A stretch of 64,000 bases of DNA from Octopus vulgaris (GCA_951406725.2 OX597816.1:17236001-17300000); one strand, 5' to 3'. Numbered from the stretch's first letter, positions 23,673 through 37,833 are shown. A program made the numbers and translations. The notes: generated from the sequence alone by a model not told the origin.

Positions 23673-24399
23673 TAATGAAAAAAACCCAAAAAACTGTTGA
23701 ACTGTAATGATGCTTTTGCACTGTGACAATTTCATCATGTCACTCTTGCCTTCTATTCCGACTTAGATAATAACACCCAACATCATTGAAATTACAACTA
23801 TTTGAAGTATCTTCCAAGTAATGGTAATACATAAGTACTATGTAATACCAATCCCAAACTGATTTGATTATTAACCTTACCTTTTGTGTTCCTGTCTATA
23901 GTATGTTGCGATCACGCAAGGTTTGAATACATAGCTTTTTATTTATAATATAAGATTTTAAGGTAATCATCCATTCTATCACAAAAGATGTTATTAAACT
24001 CATTTCATTGAAGCCAGCTCTGTTGTTATTGACATCTACAAAGAGCCTTCTGATATAGCATTCACAGAATGTAATAAGCACCATGATACCATTTTGCCTA
24101 TAATTCAAAACTTTCCCTATCGTGACACTGGAATTTTCATTTTGATATACCATACATGTCCAATTAATCTTTGCTTCACTCTCCCACATGCCATCGGAAT
24201 TCCTTGAATTTTCATCTTTAAAAGTCATCCTGTTTCAGCTATGTGTATGTGTGGTTAAGACGCTTGCTTTGTGACCAAGTGGTTTCAGGTTCAGTCCCAC
24301 TGCAGGACCTCTTGGGCAAGTTGTCATCTACTACGTCCCTGACACGACCAGTGCCTTGCAAGCAAATTTGGTAGACGAAAACTGTGTGGAAGTCCATTG

Positions 24400-24429
24400 C
24401 ATATCATCATCATCAACATTATCATCATT

Positions 24430-24501
<72 letters not shown>

Positions 24502-24575
24502 TTCATCATCATCATCTTCATCATCTTCATCATCTTCATAATCATCATCTTCTTCTTCATCATCACCACCACCAC
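24400..24575. repeat. (CAT)n microsatellite
   Basis: Directly visible. Confidence 0.9.
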
Positions 24576-25032
24576 TTTTATCTTTTACGTGTTTCAGTCA
24601 TTAGACTGCGACCATGCTGGGGCACTGCCTTGAATTTTTAATCGAATGAATCAACCCCAGTACTTAGTCTAGTGATTTATTTTGCTGAACCGCTAAGTTA
24701 CAGGTATGTAAACACGCCCACACCGGTTGTCAAGTGGTGATGGGGGTAGGGGACAAACATAGACACAAACACACAAACACATAAATATATACTTTTTTAT
24801 ATGTATACATATGTACATCTTTTGTATCAAATGTGTTTAGAATTTTTTGTATATCAACTTGCCTAACGTGCTTGTCCTTACATTTATTCCTATATATATA
24901 TATATAAGAAAAATTATATTAATGTGTCCTACTTGTTAAAATTCTATTTATTTATTTGTGCAGCTGAAGACAGCACTGCATTTAAATTGATGACTACTTG
25001 ATATCCTGTTGCTTATTTTGATATATATATAC

Positions 25033-25310
25033 TGCCAGCCTCGTCTGGCACCTGTGTCGGTGGCACATAAAAAACACCATCCGAGCGTGGCCGTTCGCCA
25101 GCCTCGTCTGGCACCTGTGTCGGTGGCACATAAAATCACCCACTACACTCTCGGAGTGGTTGGCGTTAGGAAGGGCATCCAGCTGTAGAAACACTGCCAG
25201 ATCTGACTGGCCTGGTGCAGCCTTCGGGCTCCCCAGACTCCAGTTGAACCGTCCAACCCATGCTAGCATGGAAAGCGGACGTTAAATGAGGATGATGATG
25301 ATGATGATGA
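25033..25310 (+). mobile_element. Family C RTE 3' UTR copy
   Basis: Two tandem gccagcctcgtctggcacctgtgtcggtggcacataaaa units and a (GAT)n tail. Confidence 0.8.
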
Positions 25311-25571
25311 TATATATACGACAGGCTTCTTTAAATTTCTGTCTACCAAATTCCCTCACAAGTCTTTGGTTGGTCCGAAGCTATAGTAAAAGGCATTTGC
25401 CTGAGGTACCATGGAATGGGACTGAACCTAGAAACACATGGCTGGGAAGCAAGCTTCTTAGCGCACAACCACTCCTGCACCTATATGAACTCTATTACAG
25501 TAGAACAAACAGTCATTAGTTCCAGTCATATATCTGATCATGTTTAGAATTGTTTAGTACCAAGAGTTACC

Positions 25572-25987
25572 CTTTTACTTGTTTCAGTCATTTAACTGCA
25601 GCCATGCTGGAGCACCGCCTTTAGTTGAGCAAATCAACCCCAGGACTTATTCTTTGGAAGCCTAGTACTTATTCTATCTGTCTCTTTTGCCGAACCACTA
25701 AGTTACACGAATGTAAACACACCAGCATCGGATGTCAAGTGATGTTGCGGGGGGGAACAAACACAGACACACAAACATATGCACACATACACACACACAC
25801 ATATATATATATACATATATATACGATGGGCTTCTTTCAGTTTCCGTCTACCAAATCCACTCACAAGGCTTTGGTCGGCCCGAGGCTATCGTAGAAGACA
25901 CTTGCTCAAGGTGCCACGCAGTGGAACTGAACCCAGAACCATGTGGTTCGTAAGCAAGTTAGTTACCACACAGCCGCTCCTACACCT
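25572..25987 (-). mobile_element. SINE family A, full length
   Basis: Reverse complement of the complete element; a further 5' piece lies at 25317-25482. Confidence 0.88.
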
Positions 25988-26369
25988 ATGTTAGTATAAT
26001 CTTTAATATAGAAAACCTATCTTTAATAGTTTAATCAATAGGTTTAGTGCAGAGATGTATCTAGAGTGTGGGCCACCTGGAGCATTTCTTGAGTTTTGCT
26101 CCCCACTGTATAGGCTTTTAAAAAGAAACTGAAAAGGGCCACCCATGTAAAAATGTAACCCAGGGTAGACTGTCCCACTCCCCTCCCACCCAGCTGTATG
26201 TTATTGGTTCAGTTGTCATAAAGAAAGGTAGGTGGGTCTATGGATGTATTCCTTATCTCTGAATTATGTTTTTCCAGTGTTTATGATATCATGCAGAGTC
26301 TACATTAGTTGTGTGTCTTGAAGTAAATATAAGATACCACTATTGGGTGCTGAAATCTTCCCATTTTTA

Positions 26370-26464
26370 AGGGTATCGTGAAAGATCTGGTTGGAGGCCC
26401 AATCTTCCGAGTTCTTTTACAAAGTGTAGAAAAACTGAAGGACTGCTACAAGAAGTGTGTGAAT
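26370..26464 (+). mobile_element. Mariner transposase C-terminal fragment
   Basis: WLEAQSSEFFYK / EKLKDCYKKCVN (frameshifted) matches the mariner Wx..Q..EFF..GI.KL..RW.KC pattern. Confidence 0.5.
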
Positions 26465-26842
26465 CATCATCATCCTCATCTTCATCATCATCATCATCAT
26501 CATCGTTTTACATCTGCTTTCTATGCTGGCATAGGTTGGACGATTTTGACTGAGGACTGGTGAGCCAGAGGCTGCACCAGGCTCAATCTGATCTGGTAAA
26601 GTTTCTACAGCTGGATGCTCTTCCTAATGCCAACCACTCCGAGAATGTAAGGGGTGCTTTTTACATGCCACTGGCACGAGGCCCAGTCAGGCAGTTCTGG
26701 CAACGACCATGCTCAAATGTTGCTTTTCATGTGCCAGCAGTACATGTGCTGGTAAAGCGACGCTGGCAACGATCACGCTCAAATGGTGCTTTTCACATGT
26801 CACTGGCACAGGGTCAATCTGTGGCCCTGACAACGATCACGC
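26465..26842 (-). mobile_element. Family C RTE 3' UTR copy
   Basis: (CAT)n followed by the reverse-complement UTR with three tgctttt..catgYcac-type units. Confidence 0.8.
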
Positions 26843-26843
26843 C

Positions 26844-27147
26844 AGGTCTCTTTTGCTGAACTGCTAAGTTACGGGGATGTGAACACACCAGCATCAGTTG
26901 TCAAGCGATGTTGTGGGGGACAAACACAGACACACAAACATATACGCACACATTCATACATATATATATATACATACATATATACAATGGGCTTCTTTCA
27001 GTTTCCATCTACAAATCCACTCACAAGGCTTTGGTCGGCCCAAGGCTATAGTAGAAGACGCTTGCCCAAGGTGCCACACAGTGGGACTGAACCCGGAACC
27101 ATGTAGTTCGTAAGTAAGCTACTTACCACACAGCCTCTCTTATGCCT
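26844..27147 (-). mobile_element. SINE family A, 3'-truncated
   Basis: Reverse complement of the head, core and microsatellite. Confidence 0.8.
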
Positions 27148-28920
27148 GTATATCTTCATTTACAGATGATATTATCTGGATAACAGTCTAGGAGATCATT
27201 ACTCTTTGACGTGAATCTGCTCCTACCAGCTAAGAAGGCATTCTACTTGAAAACAGGTAAGGGATGACTACAGGACGATCATCTAACTGTAGAAAAATCT
27301 ACCTGAACGAATTCTGTCTGACCCATGCAAGCATGGAAAAATAGACACTAATTTGACAATGAGGATAGATTTAAATCCCTATATGGGGCATTCAATAAAA
27401 TTGCATTTTTAGTAGCACTTAGATTTGTCTCTTGAACCATTAGCTGTTAAACTATAAAAGCTAACTGTTGATTAGAAGTGTTGATTTATGTGCATTTGTG
27501 ATAGTTTCTGTGCAGAACGAAATCTAAATAAAGCTTCATATTGCTTTGAGAATATTTATTTTTGCTGTAGTTTCTGAAAATTTTTCCTAAATCCCAAAAG
27601 GCTTTTATTGTATGATTCAAACTCCAACCCTGAGGTAATTCATTAATCATACATCTCTGTATAATGGATGCCCTATGAAGTGGATTAATCAGTTAAAATA
27701 TGCAAAGCCAGTAATGGTACTAATTTTTGTTTCAGACTGATTGAATTAATACTAATTGTTACTGCACAAGAGAGTAATTAAATTTGTCAGGTAACTTTGT
27801 GTGATCCGAACTTTTTACTAGAAATTACTCGCATTAGTTCGTAGCAACATGGAATATTCTCAAGAATTAATGTATTTACTAGATTTAATGTAGTCAAGGA
27901 ATTTGTTGGCAAGAAAACAAATAAATCCTAGGTGATACTTTATGTCAATAAATGTAAAGTATAACCTCCATCAATGACACTCTTAATGTAACTATTGTCA
28001 ATCACGATTTCAAACTGTGTTTGGAAGATTCAATCCCGTTTTAAAAGTCAGATATAGATTTATCCTCAAGTGCAAACCCCAACATTTTAAATTGAAATAT
28101 TAAGGCAATTTTCTTTTGAATGAAGCCGAAGGCAGGTGATATAAAATGAAAGCCCACTTGAAAACCTCTGAAGTATAATAAATCATACCTACTGAAGCGA
28201 CATTGATAGATGGAAATCCATGTGACATATTTTGTAAACTTGCTTATCAAAAGAAAGACAGTATTTATTGTGTGGTTAGTGATATAGCTAGCATCGTATC
28301 TGATATACTATAATTCAGAAATTGTATTGTGAACACTGTAAAATCTTATCAGTTTATTACACAGCATTTCTAGTTCCCATCATATGTGATAGATGGGAAT
28401 ATTTAAATAAGGAATACATTGTGATAACATAAATTTTACATAAAGCTTTGTAGTTTAAATATACGATGTCTTATTCAACTGGTATAGGTTCAATGGGGCA
28501 TCACAATACAAGTTAGTTTTATTCTTAGTTAAGAGACTTGAGAGACTATGTTTTACTCAATACACACAACACACACACACACACACACATGCACACGCTT
28601 ATACACATGTGTACGTGCTCAGACAGACATGTATGTTGTCATGTACACGGACACACACATATGCCTGCATTTTGTGTATATAAGTGCATATCTGTATACA
28701 TACACAGCTTTTGTAGGTGTATTACTTTTTTTCCACTTGTTTCAGTCAATAGACTGGCCAAGCTGGGGCACCACCTTGAAAAAATTTTAGTTGAATGAAC
28801 CAAACCCAGTGTTTTTATTTATTTTTTTTCAAGCCTAGTACATATTCAGTTGGTCTCTGTTGCCAGACTGCGAAGTCACTTGGATGTAAACACACCAACA
28901 TGGGTTATCAAGTGGTTGTC

Positions 28921-29595
28921 AATATGAACATTTCAGAGTGTTTAGGTGTCAATCTGAGGACAGTGCATGTACCGAAAGTGATAAAAATCAAAGATCCAGT
29001 CAATATCATGCTGTTTGGAGTGATCGGCGGTGATGGTGATGTTATGCTTCCATTCATCTTCCTACACAACCACAGATTCAATGTGGAGGCCTACATCAAG
29101 TGCATAGAGGAAGCGGTGCTGCCCTGAGTCAAGAGGGTGGTTGCTAAAGGGCCATATGCTTAGCAACAAGACTCTGCATCTTGCCAAACAATCAAGTGAA
29201 CCCAGTCAAGTATGTCAGACAATTTATGCAACCACGTCATTCCTAACATCTGACCACTTAATTTCCCACACTGCTACCTCCTTGATTATTATGTTTGGGG
29301 CACAGTTGAGCGAGAGACCAACAAAGTCTTTGTAACAGCAAAGATATACTGAAGGCAAGGATTATGGCAGCATTCACCAACTTAAACAAGAAGATTATCT
29401 AGGAGAGTTGCAGAAGATTCCAAAGTTGTCTGGAGGCTGTGGTTGAAGCCAATGACGATATTATTGAATAAATTTACTCTTTAGTATTTCAAGATATTTT
29501 TTATGTAATTTTGGTAAAAATATCTGTTAAAATGAGATGTCAGTGTTATTTTCATTTTTGCATAATTTAGATGACAGCTTATTCATCACACCCTG
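28921..29595 (+). mobile_element. Tc1/mariner (DD37D/maT-like) transposase pseudogene with right TIR
   Basis: KDPVNIMLFGV..DGDVMLPFIF, QQDSA, and decayed WPPNSPDxNPLDYYVWG (seen as *PLNFPHCYLLDYYVWG). Ends gatgacagcttattcatcacaccctg-ta, roughly complementary to the TIR at 22370. Confidence 0.8.
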
Positions 29596-29597
29596 TA

Positions 29598-29900
29598 TCA
29601 TCATCATCATCATCATCGTTTTCCATCCATGTTCCATGCTGGCATGGGTTGGACAGTTTGACAGAGGGCTGGTGAACCAGAGGCTGCACCAGGCCCAATC
29701 TGTAGAAACTCTCAGTTTCTACAGCTGGATACACTTACTAATGCCAACCACTCCAAGAGTGTAGTGGGTGCTTTTATTTGCCACTGGCACAAGGGCCAGT
29801 CAGGCAGTTCTGGCAACGACCATTCTCAAAGGTGTTTTTACATGCTACATGCATGGGAGCCAGTTTGGTGGCACTGGCAACGACCATGCTTGAATGCTGT
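29598..29900 (-). mobile_element. Family C RTE 3' UTR copy
   Basis: (CAT)n plus the reverse-complement UTR. Confidence 0.7.
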
Positions 29901-30000
29901 CTTTATTTATATATATATATATATATGTATGTATGCATGTACATATGTACGTACGTACGTACGTACGTACGTACGTACGTACGTATGTATGTATGTATAT

Positions 30001-30210
30001 GTGACCGTGGGTGTATCGTTGGTGATTTTCTTTCTCCGTCATCCCTTCCTTGGACCTTCCCTTTTTCTATGTTTCTGACAAAGAGCTTCACTTGGAACAT
30101 TAAATCCCCTTTCTTTCTTTCCTTTCCTGAGCGTCCAATAACACTATACTTGTTCCACGTCCTCGCGTTGTTGTGCTTTCTCTTTGTGTTTTCATGTTTG
30201 GATTAACTAT
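30001..30210 (+). mobile_element. Family D1 repeat with decayed hammerhead
   Basis: Colinear with the reverse complement of 2288-2499; ttt-ctgacaa-a-gagc... Confidence 0.65.
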
Positions 30211-30869
30211 TCATATGGCAGGCAGATTTTCTCAACTATCTCCACTCATGAAGCTTTGGCTGGCTGAAGGCTATAGCAAGAGACACTTGTTCAAGGTGAC
30301 ATGCTGTGGAGCTGAACCTAGAACCATGTTGATGGGAAGCAAACTTCTTACTGCACAGCCACACCTGTGGATAATCTTATTTCTGATTACCTGATATTTA
30401 TGGTACAGAGAATTAAGCCCAGTCTAAGGTGGTTCCCTCAGATTCTAATGTTAGAGGACATGAGTAAGCTTTACAGGACTTGATGTGTTTTAAGTCATAT
30501 ATATTTCTATAAAAATGTTTAGTTACACACTGTTCTATATGCGAGCAGACCTGAAAAGGAAAGATTGTTTACCAAATATATTAGTGAAAAATGATATGAC
30601 GATAAAATATTTAGAATTCTGAAACAATGTCTCCATACAAATCAAAATGTCACAGAAGTGTGTTTTGAAAGAATGTGAGCATATTATTTTTCAAAGATAA
30701 TAAAACAGAAGTAGGATGCTAATGTCACTCCATGACATTGTTGAAAGACATGAATATTGTAAATTCAAACAATTTGCTCTCAATAGAACCAACAATCCTT
30801 AATTCTCAGTGCCATTCTGTATGGAACTAACTTCTATTTGATGTTCTCTTACAATTTTGTAACTTATTA

Positions 30870-31763
30870 CCGTAAATCCTCGAGTATAGTCCACCCTTGA
30901 GTATAATACACAGGGGATTTTTAGGGAACTGTAACTTTGAAAAACCCCTAAACCTTGTATATAATATGCACCCCTTCTCTAACTTGAGTCAAGGAGGTCT
31001 ATATAACATCTTTGGTTTGTAAAAATGTATACGGTAACGTACTTTATAATTATTGTATACTAGCAGTATTGCCCTGCGTTGCTCAGATTTGTTTTGACCC
31101 TTTAGAATAGAAATATTTGAAAAGTAAAAATTTTGCATTATGTAGCTTGTTATTCTCTTTAAGTGAACATTTTTCTGGTTGAAATACACCGAGAAATGGC
31201 GACAGAGCAGTTAAAATATCGTAAAAAAATAGGTATTTTTTACACCTTTTTGATGTAAATAATTTTTGGTCTTTACATGGTTCGATTTGATTTTATCTTC
31301 TACGGAATGAAGAGCAAGCCTTCTTCGATCATACTCTCAATTTTGGTCAACTTGCCATGCAAGGTCTCGGAGGAGATAATGTTAGTTGAAGGCTACCAAT
31401 CCTGCCACACACAGATAACTTCAGCTTTATATATATAGATATAACATAATGCAAATGTGTGGCATTTTCGTGCATTTTGTTTGCAGAAAATAAAGAAATA
31501 ACAGTCATAATGTTTAATAAATGTTGCTTACGGCAAGTTATGGATGATTCTTTTATGACTTCATTGCTTTCAGGCTTAGCTTAAGCTATTTTCGCACCTG
31601 ACATCACAAAATGCATCTGAATAAACATTGCCGGACAGCAAATAGAGACTTGGACATTGCACAGAAAATAATTTTCATTTTTAACCTTGTGTATAATATG
31701 CACTAGGGATTTTGACCTTTAAATTTTGGGGAAAAAATGCGGATTATACTCAAGAATTTATGG
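30870..31763. mobile_element. pogo/Tigger-like non-autonomous DNA transposon with nested Helitron
   Basis: ta-ccgtaaatcctcgagtatagtcc ... ggattatactcaagaatttatgg-ta, with subterminal ccttg.gtataata repeats. Confidence 0.7.
31060..31439 (-). mobile_element. Non-autonomous Helitron, copy 1
   Basis: On the minus strand it starts A|TC and ends CTAG|T after a GC hairpin; no TSD. Confidence 0.8.
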
Positions 31764-32258
31764 TACTTATCTTGAACTGTGTCAGTGAACAGGTTACTGT
31801 TTGTGTGAAGAAAATTTTGACACCAAATGATAAACGATTAAGAGAAGTTAAGGCCTTCTTTTATCTTTGTGTATCTTTTACTGGTTCCAGTCATTAGACT
31901 GCGGTCATGCTGGGGCACAGCTTTGAAGAATTTTGGTTGAACAAATCGACCCCAGGAATCATTATTTATTTAAGTGTGGGATTTATTCTATTGATTTCTT
32001 TCATTCACCGAATTGCTAAGTTACAGGGATGTAAACACACCAACACTGGTTGGAAAGTGGTGGTGGTGGTGGGGACAAGCACAAACACAAAAACACACAC
32101 ACATACACACTCAAATACATACATACATACACATATACATGTATATATATGTATATATGTATATATATATGTATATATGTGTATATATATATACATGTAT
32201 ATATATATGTATATGTATTTATATATTTATATATGTATGTATATATGTGTATGAATGA

Positions 32259-32315
<57 letters not shown>

Positions 32316-32469
32316 TTTATAAATACAAGGGTTAGAATTATTAAATAGTTTTTTACTAGTGGCCAGCATGCGTAATAAGAGTCGGAATACATAAATACTT
32401 TTGAATATAATAGTGAATATTTCATACACTGTTATAGATGCATACATACGTATATACATATATACATAA

Positions 32470-32518
<49 letters not shown>

Positions 32519-32522
<4 letters not shown>

Positions 32523-32680
32523 GTTGGCGTTAGGAAGGGCATCAAGCTGTAGAAACACTGCCAGATCAGACTGGAGCCTGGTGCAGCCATCTGGCTTCCC
32601 AGACCCCAGTCGAACTGACCAACCCATACTAGCATGGAAAACGGACGTTAAACGATGATGATGATGATGATGATGATGTT
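32519..32680 (+). mobile_element. Family C RTE 3' end
   Basis: gtggttggcgttaggaagggcatc...ggacgttaaacgatgatg; lies within a split minus-strand SINE A (31868-32886). Confidence 0.8.
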
Positions 32681-32979
32681 GATATATACACACACAGGCA
32701 CACACATGTAAATATATATATATATATACACAATGAGCTTCTTTCAGTTTCAGTCTACCAAATCCGCTTGCAAGGCTGTGGGCAGCTCGAAGTTATAGTT
32801 GAAGACACTTGCCCAAGGTGCCAGAGAGTGGGACCGAACCCAGAACAATGTGGTTGGGAAGCAAACTTTTAACCACACAGCCACACGTGCTCCTTTTGTG
32901 TATTTTTAAATGGCTAATATGCATCTATAATTGCTTTAGTTTCAACAGGGATCTCAGATCAAATCTTTTGGAGGGCAAA

Positions 32980-33379
32980 TCTCTCTCTATATAAAGCTGA
33001 AGTTGTCTGTGTATTGCGGGTTTGGTAGCCTTCAACTAACACTATCTCCTCCGAGACACTGCGGCACAAGTTGACCAAAATTGAGAGTATGATAGAAGAA
33101 GGATTGCTCTTCCTTCCGTTGAAGATAAAATTCAAATCGGACCATGTTAACACCAAAAATTATTTACATCAAGAAGGTGCTTTTTTTTTCTATGAAAATA
33201 CCTATTTTTTACGACTTTTTGACTGCTGTGTCACCATTTTTCAGTGTATTTCAACCAGAAAAATGTTCACTTAAGGAGAATAACAAGCTACGTAATGCAA
33301 AATTTTTACTTTTCAAAAATTTCAATTCTAAAGGGTCGAAAAGAAAACGAGCCTGAGCGACGCTGGGCTATACTGCTAG
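32980..33379 (+). mobile_element. Non-autonomous Helitron, copy 2
   Basis: A|TC start, gcctgagcgacgctgggc hairpin, CTAG|T end. Confidence 0.8.
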
Positions 33380-33872
33380 TAAATCTATAAATCTCTTCCA
33401 CTGATTCTTTTTCTAATATGCAATAGTCTTGCTAATTCTTGAGACTTATTACTTCCTGAATAATTTCAAAGCCTGAGTCAACTCTTATAACTCCATGTAT
33501 AATTGATAAGGCCAGTTATCTTGATGTAATCCATTTCTGCAAACAGAAATGTTGAATATTACACAGCAGTTTGTTCCATTAAAAAAGCATATGCTTCCCT
33601 TAACAAAAGCTTTCTGTTCCCATCTTGTTCCTTTTCAAAATAATGTAGAGCAATTCTGAATTGATTGTATTTATGTGACCAGACATATGTAGTATGGTAG
33701 CTAGAGCCAGGAAAAGATGATGGTTTAAGAACTGCTTAGATATCTTACTGGATGAAGAAAATGGTAATCTAAGAAAATTCTGAGAATTTCAAAGATTAAC
33801 CTTCTGACCCATGATTTCTAAGAAACATTATCTTGTGAGCGGAGCATTAAATTTACTAATCTAATGCACTTG

Positions 33873-33895
33873 ATGTGTATATGTGTGGGAGTATT

Positions 33896-33931
<36 letters not shown>

Positions 33932-34245
33932 TGTTTGTATACGTGTGTGCACTTGTGTAGGTGTATATGTGTGTGCTTGTATATGTATGTGTGTGTGTGC
34001 TTGTTTGTGTGTGAGTGTATGTGTGTGTATGCTTGTTTGTGTGTGAGTGTGTTTGTGTGTGCTTGTGTATGTGTGTGCATGTGTATGTGTGCATGTGTGT
34101 GTGTGTGTGTGTATGCATGTGTGTGTGTGCTTGTTTGTGCGTGAGTGTGTTTGTGTATGCTTGTGTATGTGTGTGCGTGCATGTGTGTGTGTATGTGTGC
34201 ATGTGTTTATGTATGTGTGTGCGTGCTCATGTGTGAGTGCAAGTG
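33873..34245. repeat. Degenerate (TG)n tract with recurring gcttgtttgt subunits
   Basis: Directly visible. Confidence 0.85.
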
Positions 34246-35223
34246 AGCAAATGCTATGCGCTGGCCACAGTCTCTTCCTCCCGACTAATAACTATAACAA
34301 GACATAAAAGAAACAAAACAAAAAGAATTCAGACAGACATCATTGCTTTCTGCAATAAAATCTTTCTTTCTGTATCCAAAACTTGGAATTTATAATAAGG
34401 TTAGCATAATAATTGGCATACATGATAACATTGAAAGAATTCCACTGAATCCTCAAATTTTGCATCAAATTTTTACAGCAGAATCAACTGATTCTGATCT
34501 GCAGGATCAGTAACATTATTTTGCAAGAAAATTTCAGCATAAGTTTGTTCAAAACGAACCTCTCTCACACTGTTTCTCTCTCCTATCACTTCTTGTTCAC
34601 AAATGAAACTCATGTCGTTCTGTGTTCCTTATCAGTTGCAGCCAGTTACTTTTCTTTTAACTTGGAGAATGTAAAGCTCATCTGTATTACAATAATTTCT
34701 CTTCAATCAACTTCTCCTTGAAGAAGGTCTTATCTAAACGTTGGATTTTCACACCTCATAGCAATTTCATTGTATTCTTTTTATCGCTTTTACAATATAT
34801 ATTATGCACCACAAATATTCAAATTCGAATGAACACTAACGAGCTTGTCTAATTTACAACTGCCTTATATAGAAGCTGACCTTTGGTATTGATTGTAGAA
34901 AAATTTGGGTTAATCGTCTCTGATGAGCAACCAACAAACCATGAAACAGTGTTCCAGGAGACTTCCTCGGTCTCTTTTATACTTGTGCTTACATTTTTAT
35001 TAATCCCACAGTGAGGCTTTCTAATATTAAAATTTACTTTGTTTTTATTTCAGGACTTTTGTCTTATGGTTTGTTGTATACGTATTTGTATTTAAATATA
35101 CACACATATATAAATGCAAATTTATATATGTACATGAGTGTGTGCATACACGTATATGCATATATGTGTAAAAAACACACATACACATAATCATACATAT
35201 ACATACATACATAAGCATACATG

Positions 35224-35269
<46 letters not shown>

Positions 35270-36103
35270 TAAGGTTTGGAGGTGATATATATATATGAAA
35301 GGTTTGGAGGTGATATCCTCTCCACCCCTACACACTCAATAATACTATAAAAAGAGATGAATCCCCTCAAAAAATTCAAATCTGAAGAATCTACTAGAGT
35401 AGATGCAAGCGCTACTATATATGATTTATAAAACATGTGACATATTAATAAAAATCTGTAAATGTACAACCATCCAGATTTCTGAGTACCTTATTTTTTC
35501 TAAAATATATATATACATATATATATATATACAATTGTACTAAACTACTAATCCATTCTTGTTGCTTTTTTCTTGGTTTTTTCTTGGTTATATATATATA
35601 TATACTTGTATGTATATATATATATATGTACATAGATACATAAGTGTGGTGTGTATGTGTGTGTGTGTGTCTGTGTTTGGCCCCCACTGCTGCTTGGCAA
35701 TCAGTGTCAGTGTGTCTACGCCCCCATAACTTAGCACTTCGTCAAAAGAGATTGATAGAATAAGTACAACCAGGCTTTTAAAACAATAAGTACTGGGGTC
35801 GATTCATTCGGCTGAAAGTTCTTCAAGGTGATGCCCCAGCATGGCCGCAGTCTAATGACTCAAACAAGGGGAATATAAAAGATAAACACTATATATGTAT
35901 TTTAATATATAGTTTCATGTATATATGTATGTATATAGTCATATCATCATCATCATCATCATCGTTTAACGTCCGTTCTCCATGCTAGCATGGGTTGGAC
36001 GGTTCGACCGGGGATCTGGGAAGCCAGAAGGCTGCACCAGGCTCCGGTCTTATCTGACAAAATATATATACATATATAAATATATATATATATATATGTA
36101 TAC

Positions 36104-36156
<53 letters not shown>

Positions 36157-36169
36157 CATATATATATAC

Positions 36170-36204
<35 letters not shown>

Positions 36205-36392
36205 TCTCATACACAGATATTTTGCGTATCGTTGTCAAATAGTTGCTTCTGTTGATATTTGGATTCAAGTAAATGTAACCAGATGTTTTAGCTGTCCTCT
36301 CTAAGCAATAATCAGACTCTCTAACCAGAAATATATATAATACACACAGCTATCATCAATCAGTTTATGTAAAACCGAAGAACAAAAAATAA

Positions 36393-36425
<33 letters not shown>

Positions 36426-36919
36426 TAAAAATATAAAATGCACATGCTTTCAACTCAACATTGATTAGCGGAAGCAATCTTGTATCATTAAACCAAATCA
36501 ACTTAGGAATAAATCGATGGTACACTTTCAAATAATCTTTATCTTTTCACATATTTTTCCTTTTCTTTTATTTATATATTTTGTTCTTTATTTTTTCCTA
36601 TCACAATGATTTCATCGGACATAGTTATGAGAATGGCCATTTATAGGAGAAAGTAACGAAGTAGGATCTTTGCCAAAAATACTGGTTCTTATTCTGTCAT
36701 TCTAATATATCATGTAAATTGCTAAATATTATGCTTTGTTTTAACATTTTCGCTATATATATATATATATGCTTTTTTTTTCTTTTCATATGTTTCCCAA
36801 ATATAAATTCGATAGCTATTGCACATGGATAATTTCAGCAACGTTGAAGAAATGTTTTCATATTTCTCCCTTATACATCGATGTCTCTGAGACACAGCGA
36901 TCTATATGTATGTGTGTGA

Positions 36920-36988
<69 letters not shown>

Positions 36989-37197
36989 TATATGATTGAG
37001 GGCTCAGCATGATTCATACATACATACATATATATGAATAGATACACACATACACACACATGTATATATATATTATATATACGCACATATATGTGCGTGT
37101 GTATATATATACATACACACCTATATATATATATATATATATATACACCCACACCCACATCCACACACGCACACACACATATATATATATATATTTA

Positions 37198-37470
37198 GTT
37201 TAGTTTGAAGATACATCTCAGAGATGCCCTGGGTTGCATCGTCAGTGATGTATCTGAGGTCCCAAGGGGCTTGAGATCTTTCACCATCAGACACCCCACC
37301 CCCACCCAGTTAACCCACCCAGCATTGATCAAGTCTCAGCTTGCCTCCTAGTAGCAGCCAACCAATGGTCTGTCTTCTTTATCCAAAGCCACATAGAAGA
37401 CTTTCTCTGTAGTTTGAGTGATGGAGCTTCTAGCCTGCCCTCCTCTTAGCTGTGCCACTAACTCCATGTT
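37198..37470 (-). mobile_element. HERO-like RLE non-LTR retrotransposon 3' end
   Basis: Minus-strand peptide TTEK/SMWLWIKKTDHWL (compare AERASxWLWLKR), and a 3' UTR gggtgtctgatggtgaaaga...gacctcagatacatcactgacgatg that resembles HERO UTRs as I recall them. Confidence 0.6.
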
Positions 37471-37499
37471 AGTTGCAGGTTTGTCAAGTGATGCCAGGG

Positions 37500-37833
37500 G
37501 ACAAACATACACACGGACACACACACACACACATGTGCACATGCACACACGCACATACACACGTGCACATGCATGTGCAATGAGATGCACAAATACACAC
37601 ATGCACACACATGCACATATTCACACACATGCACACATTCACACACATGCACACATACACACACTTGCACACACATGCATACATGCACACACGTGCACAT
37701 AAACACGGGCACATGCATGTGTGCATACACATGTGCAATGCACACACAAATACACACATGCACACACATGCATGCACAGATGCACATACACACAGATACA
37801 CAAATGCACACACACATACACACACACACACAC
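37500..37833. repeat. Expanded degenerate (CA/CATG)n tract inside a minus-strand SINE A
   Basis: SINE A pieces on both sides (37476-37505 and 37835-38000). Confidence 0.8.

Noticed and set aside
23896-24228. 110 aa non-repetitive minus-strand ORF
   Set aside because: No recognisable motif and no convincing splice sites. It may be decayed transposon coding DNA but cannot be assigned.
27736-27790. Segment with a good acceptor (tttgtttcag) and donor (caggtaac)
   Set aside because: It has stop codons in all three frames, so it is not a coding internal exon, and nothing supports a non-coding exon.
34915-34962. CTGATGA...GAAA hammerhead-like spacing
   Set aside because: No credible stem II pairing; at most a heavily decayed relic.
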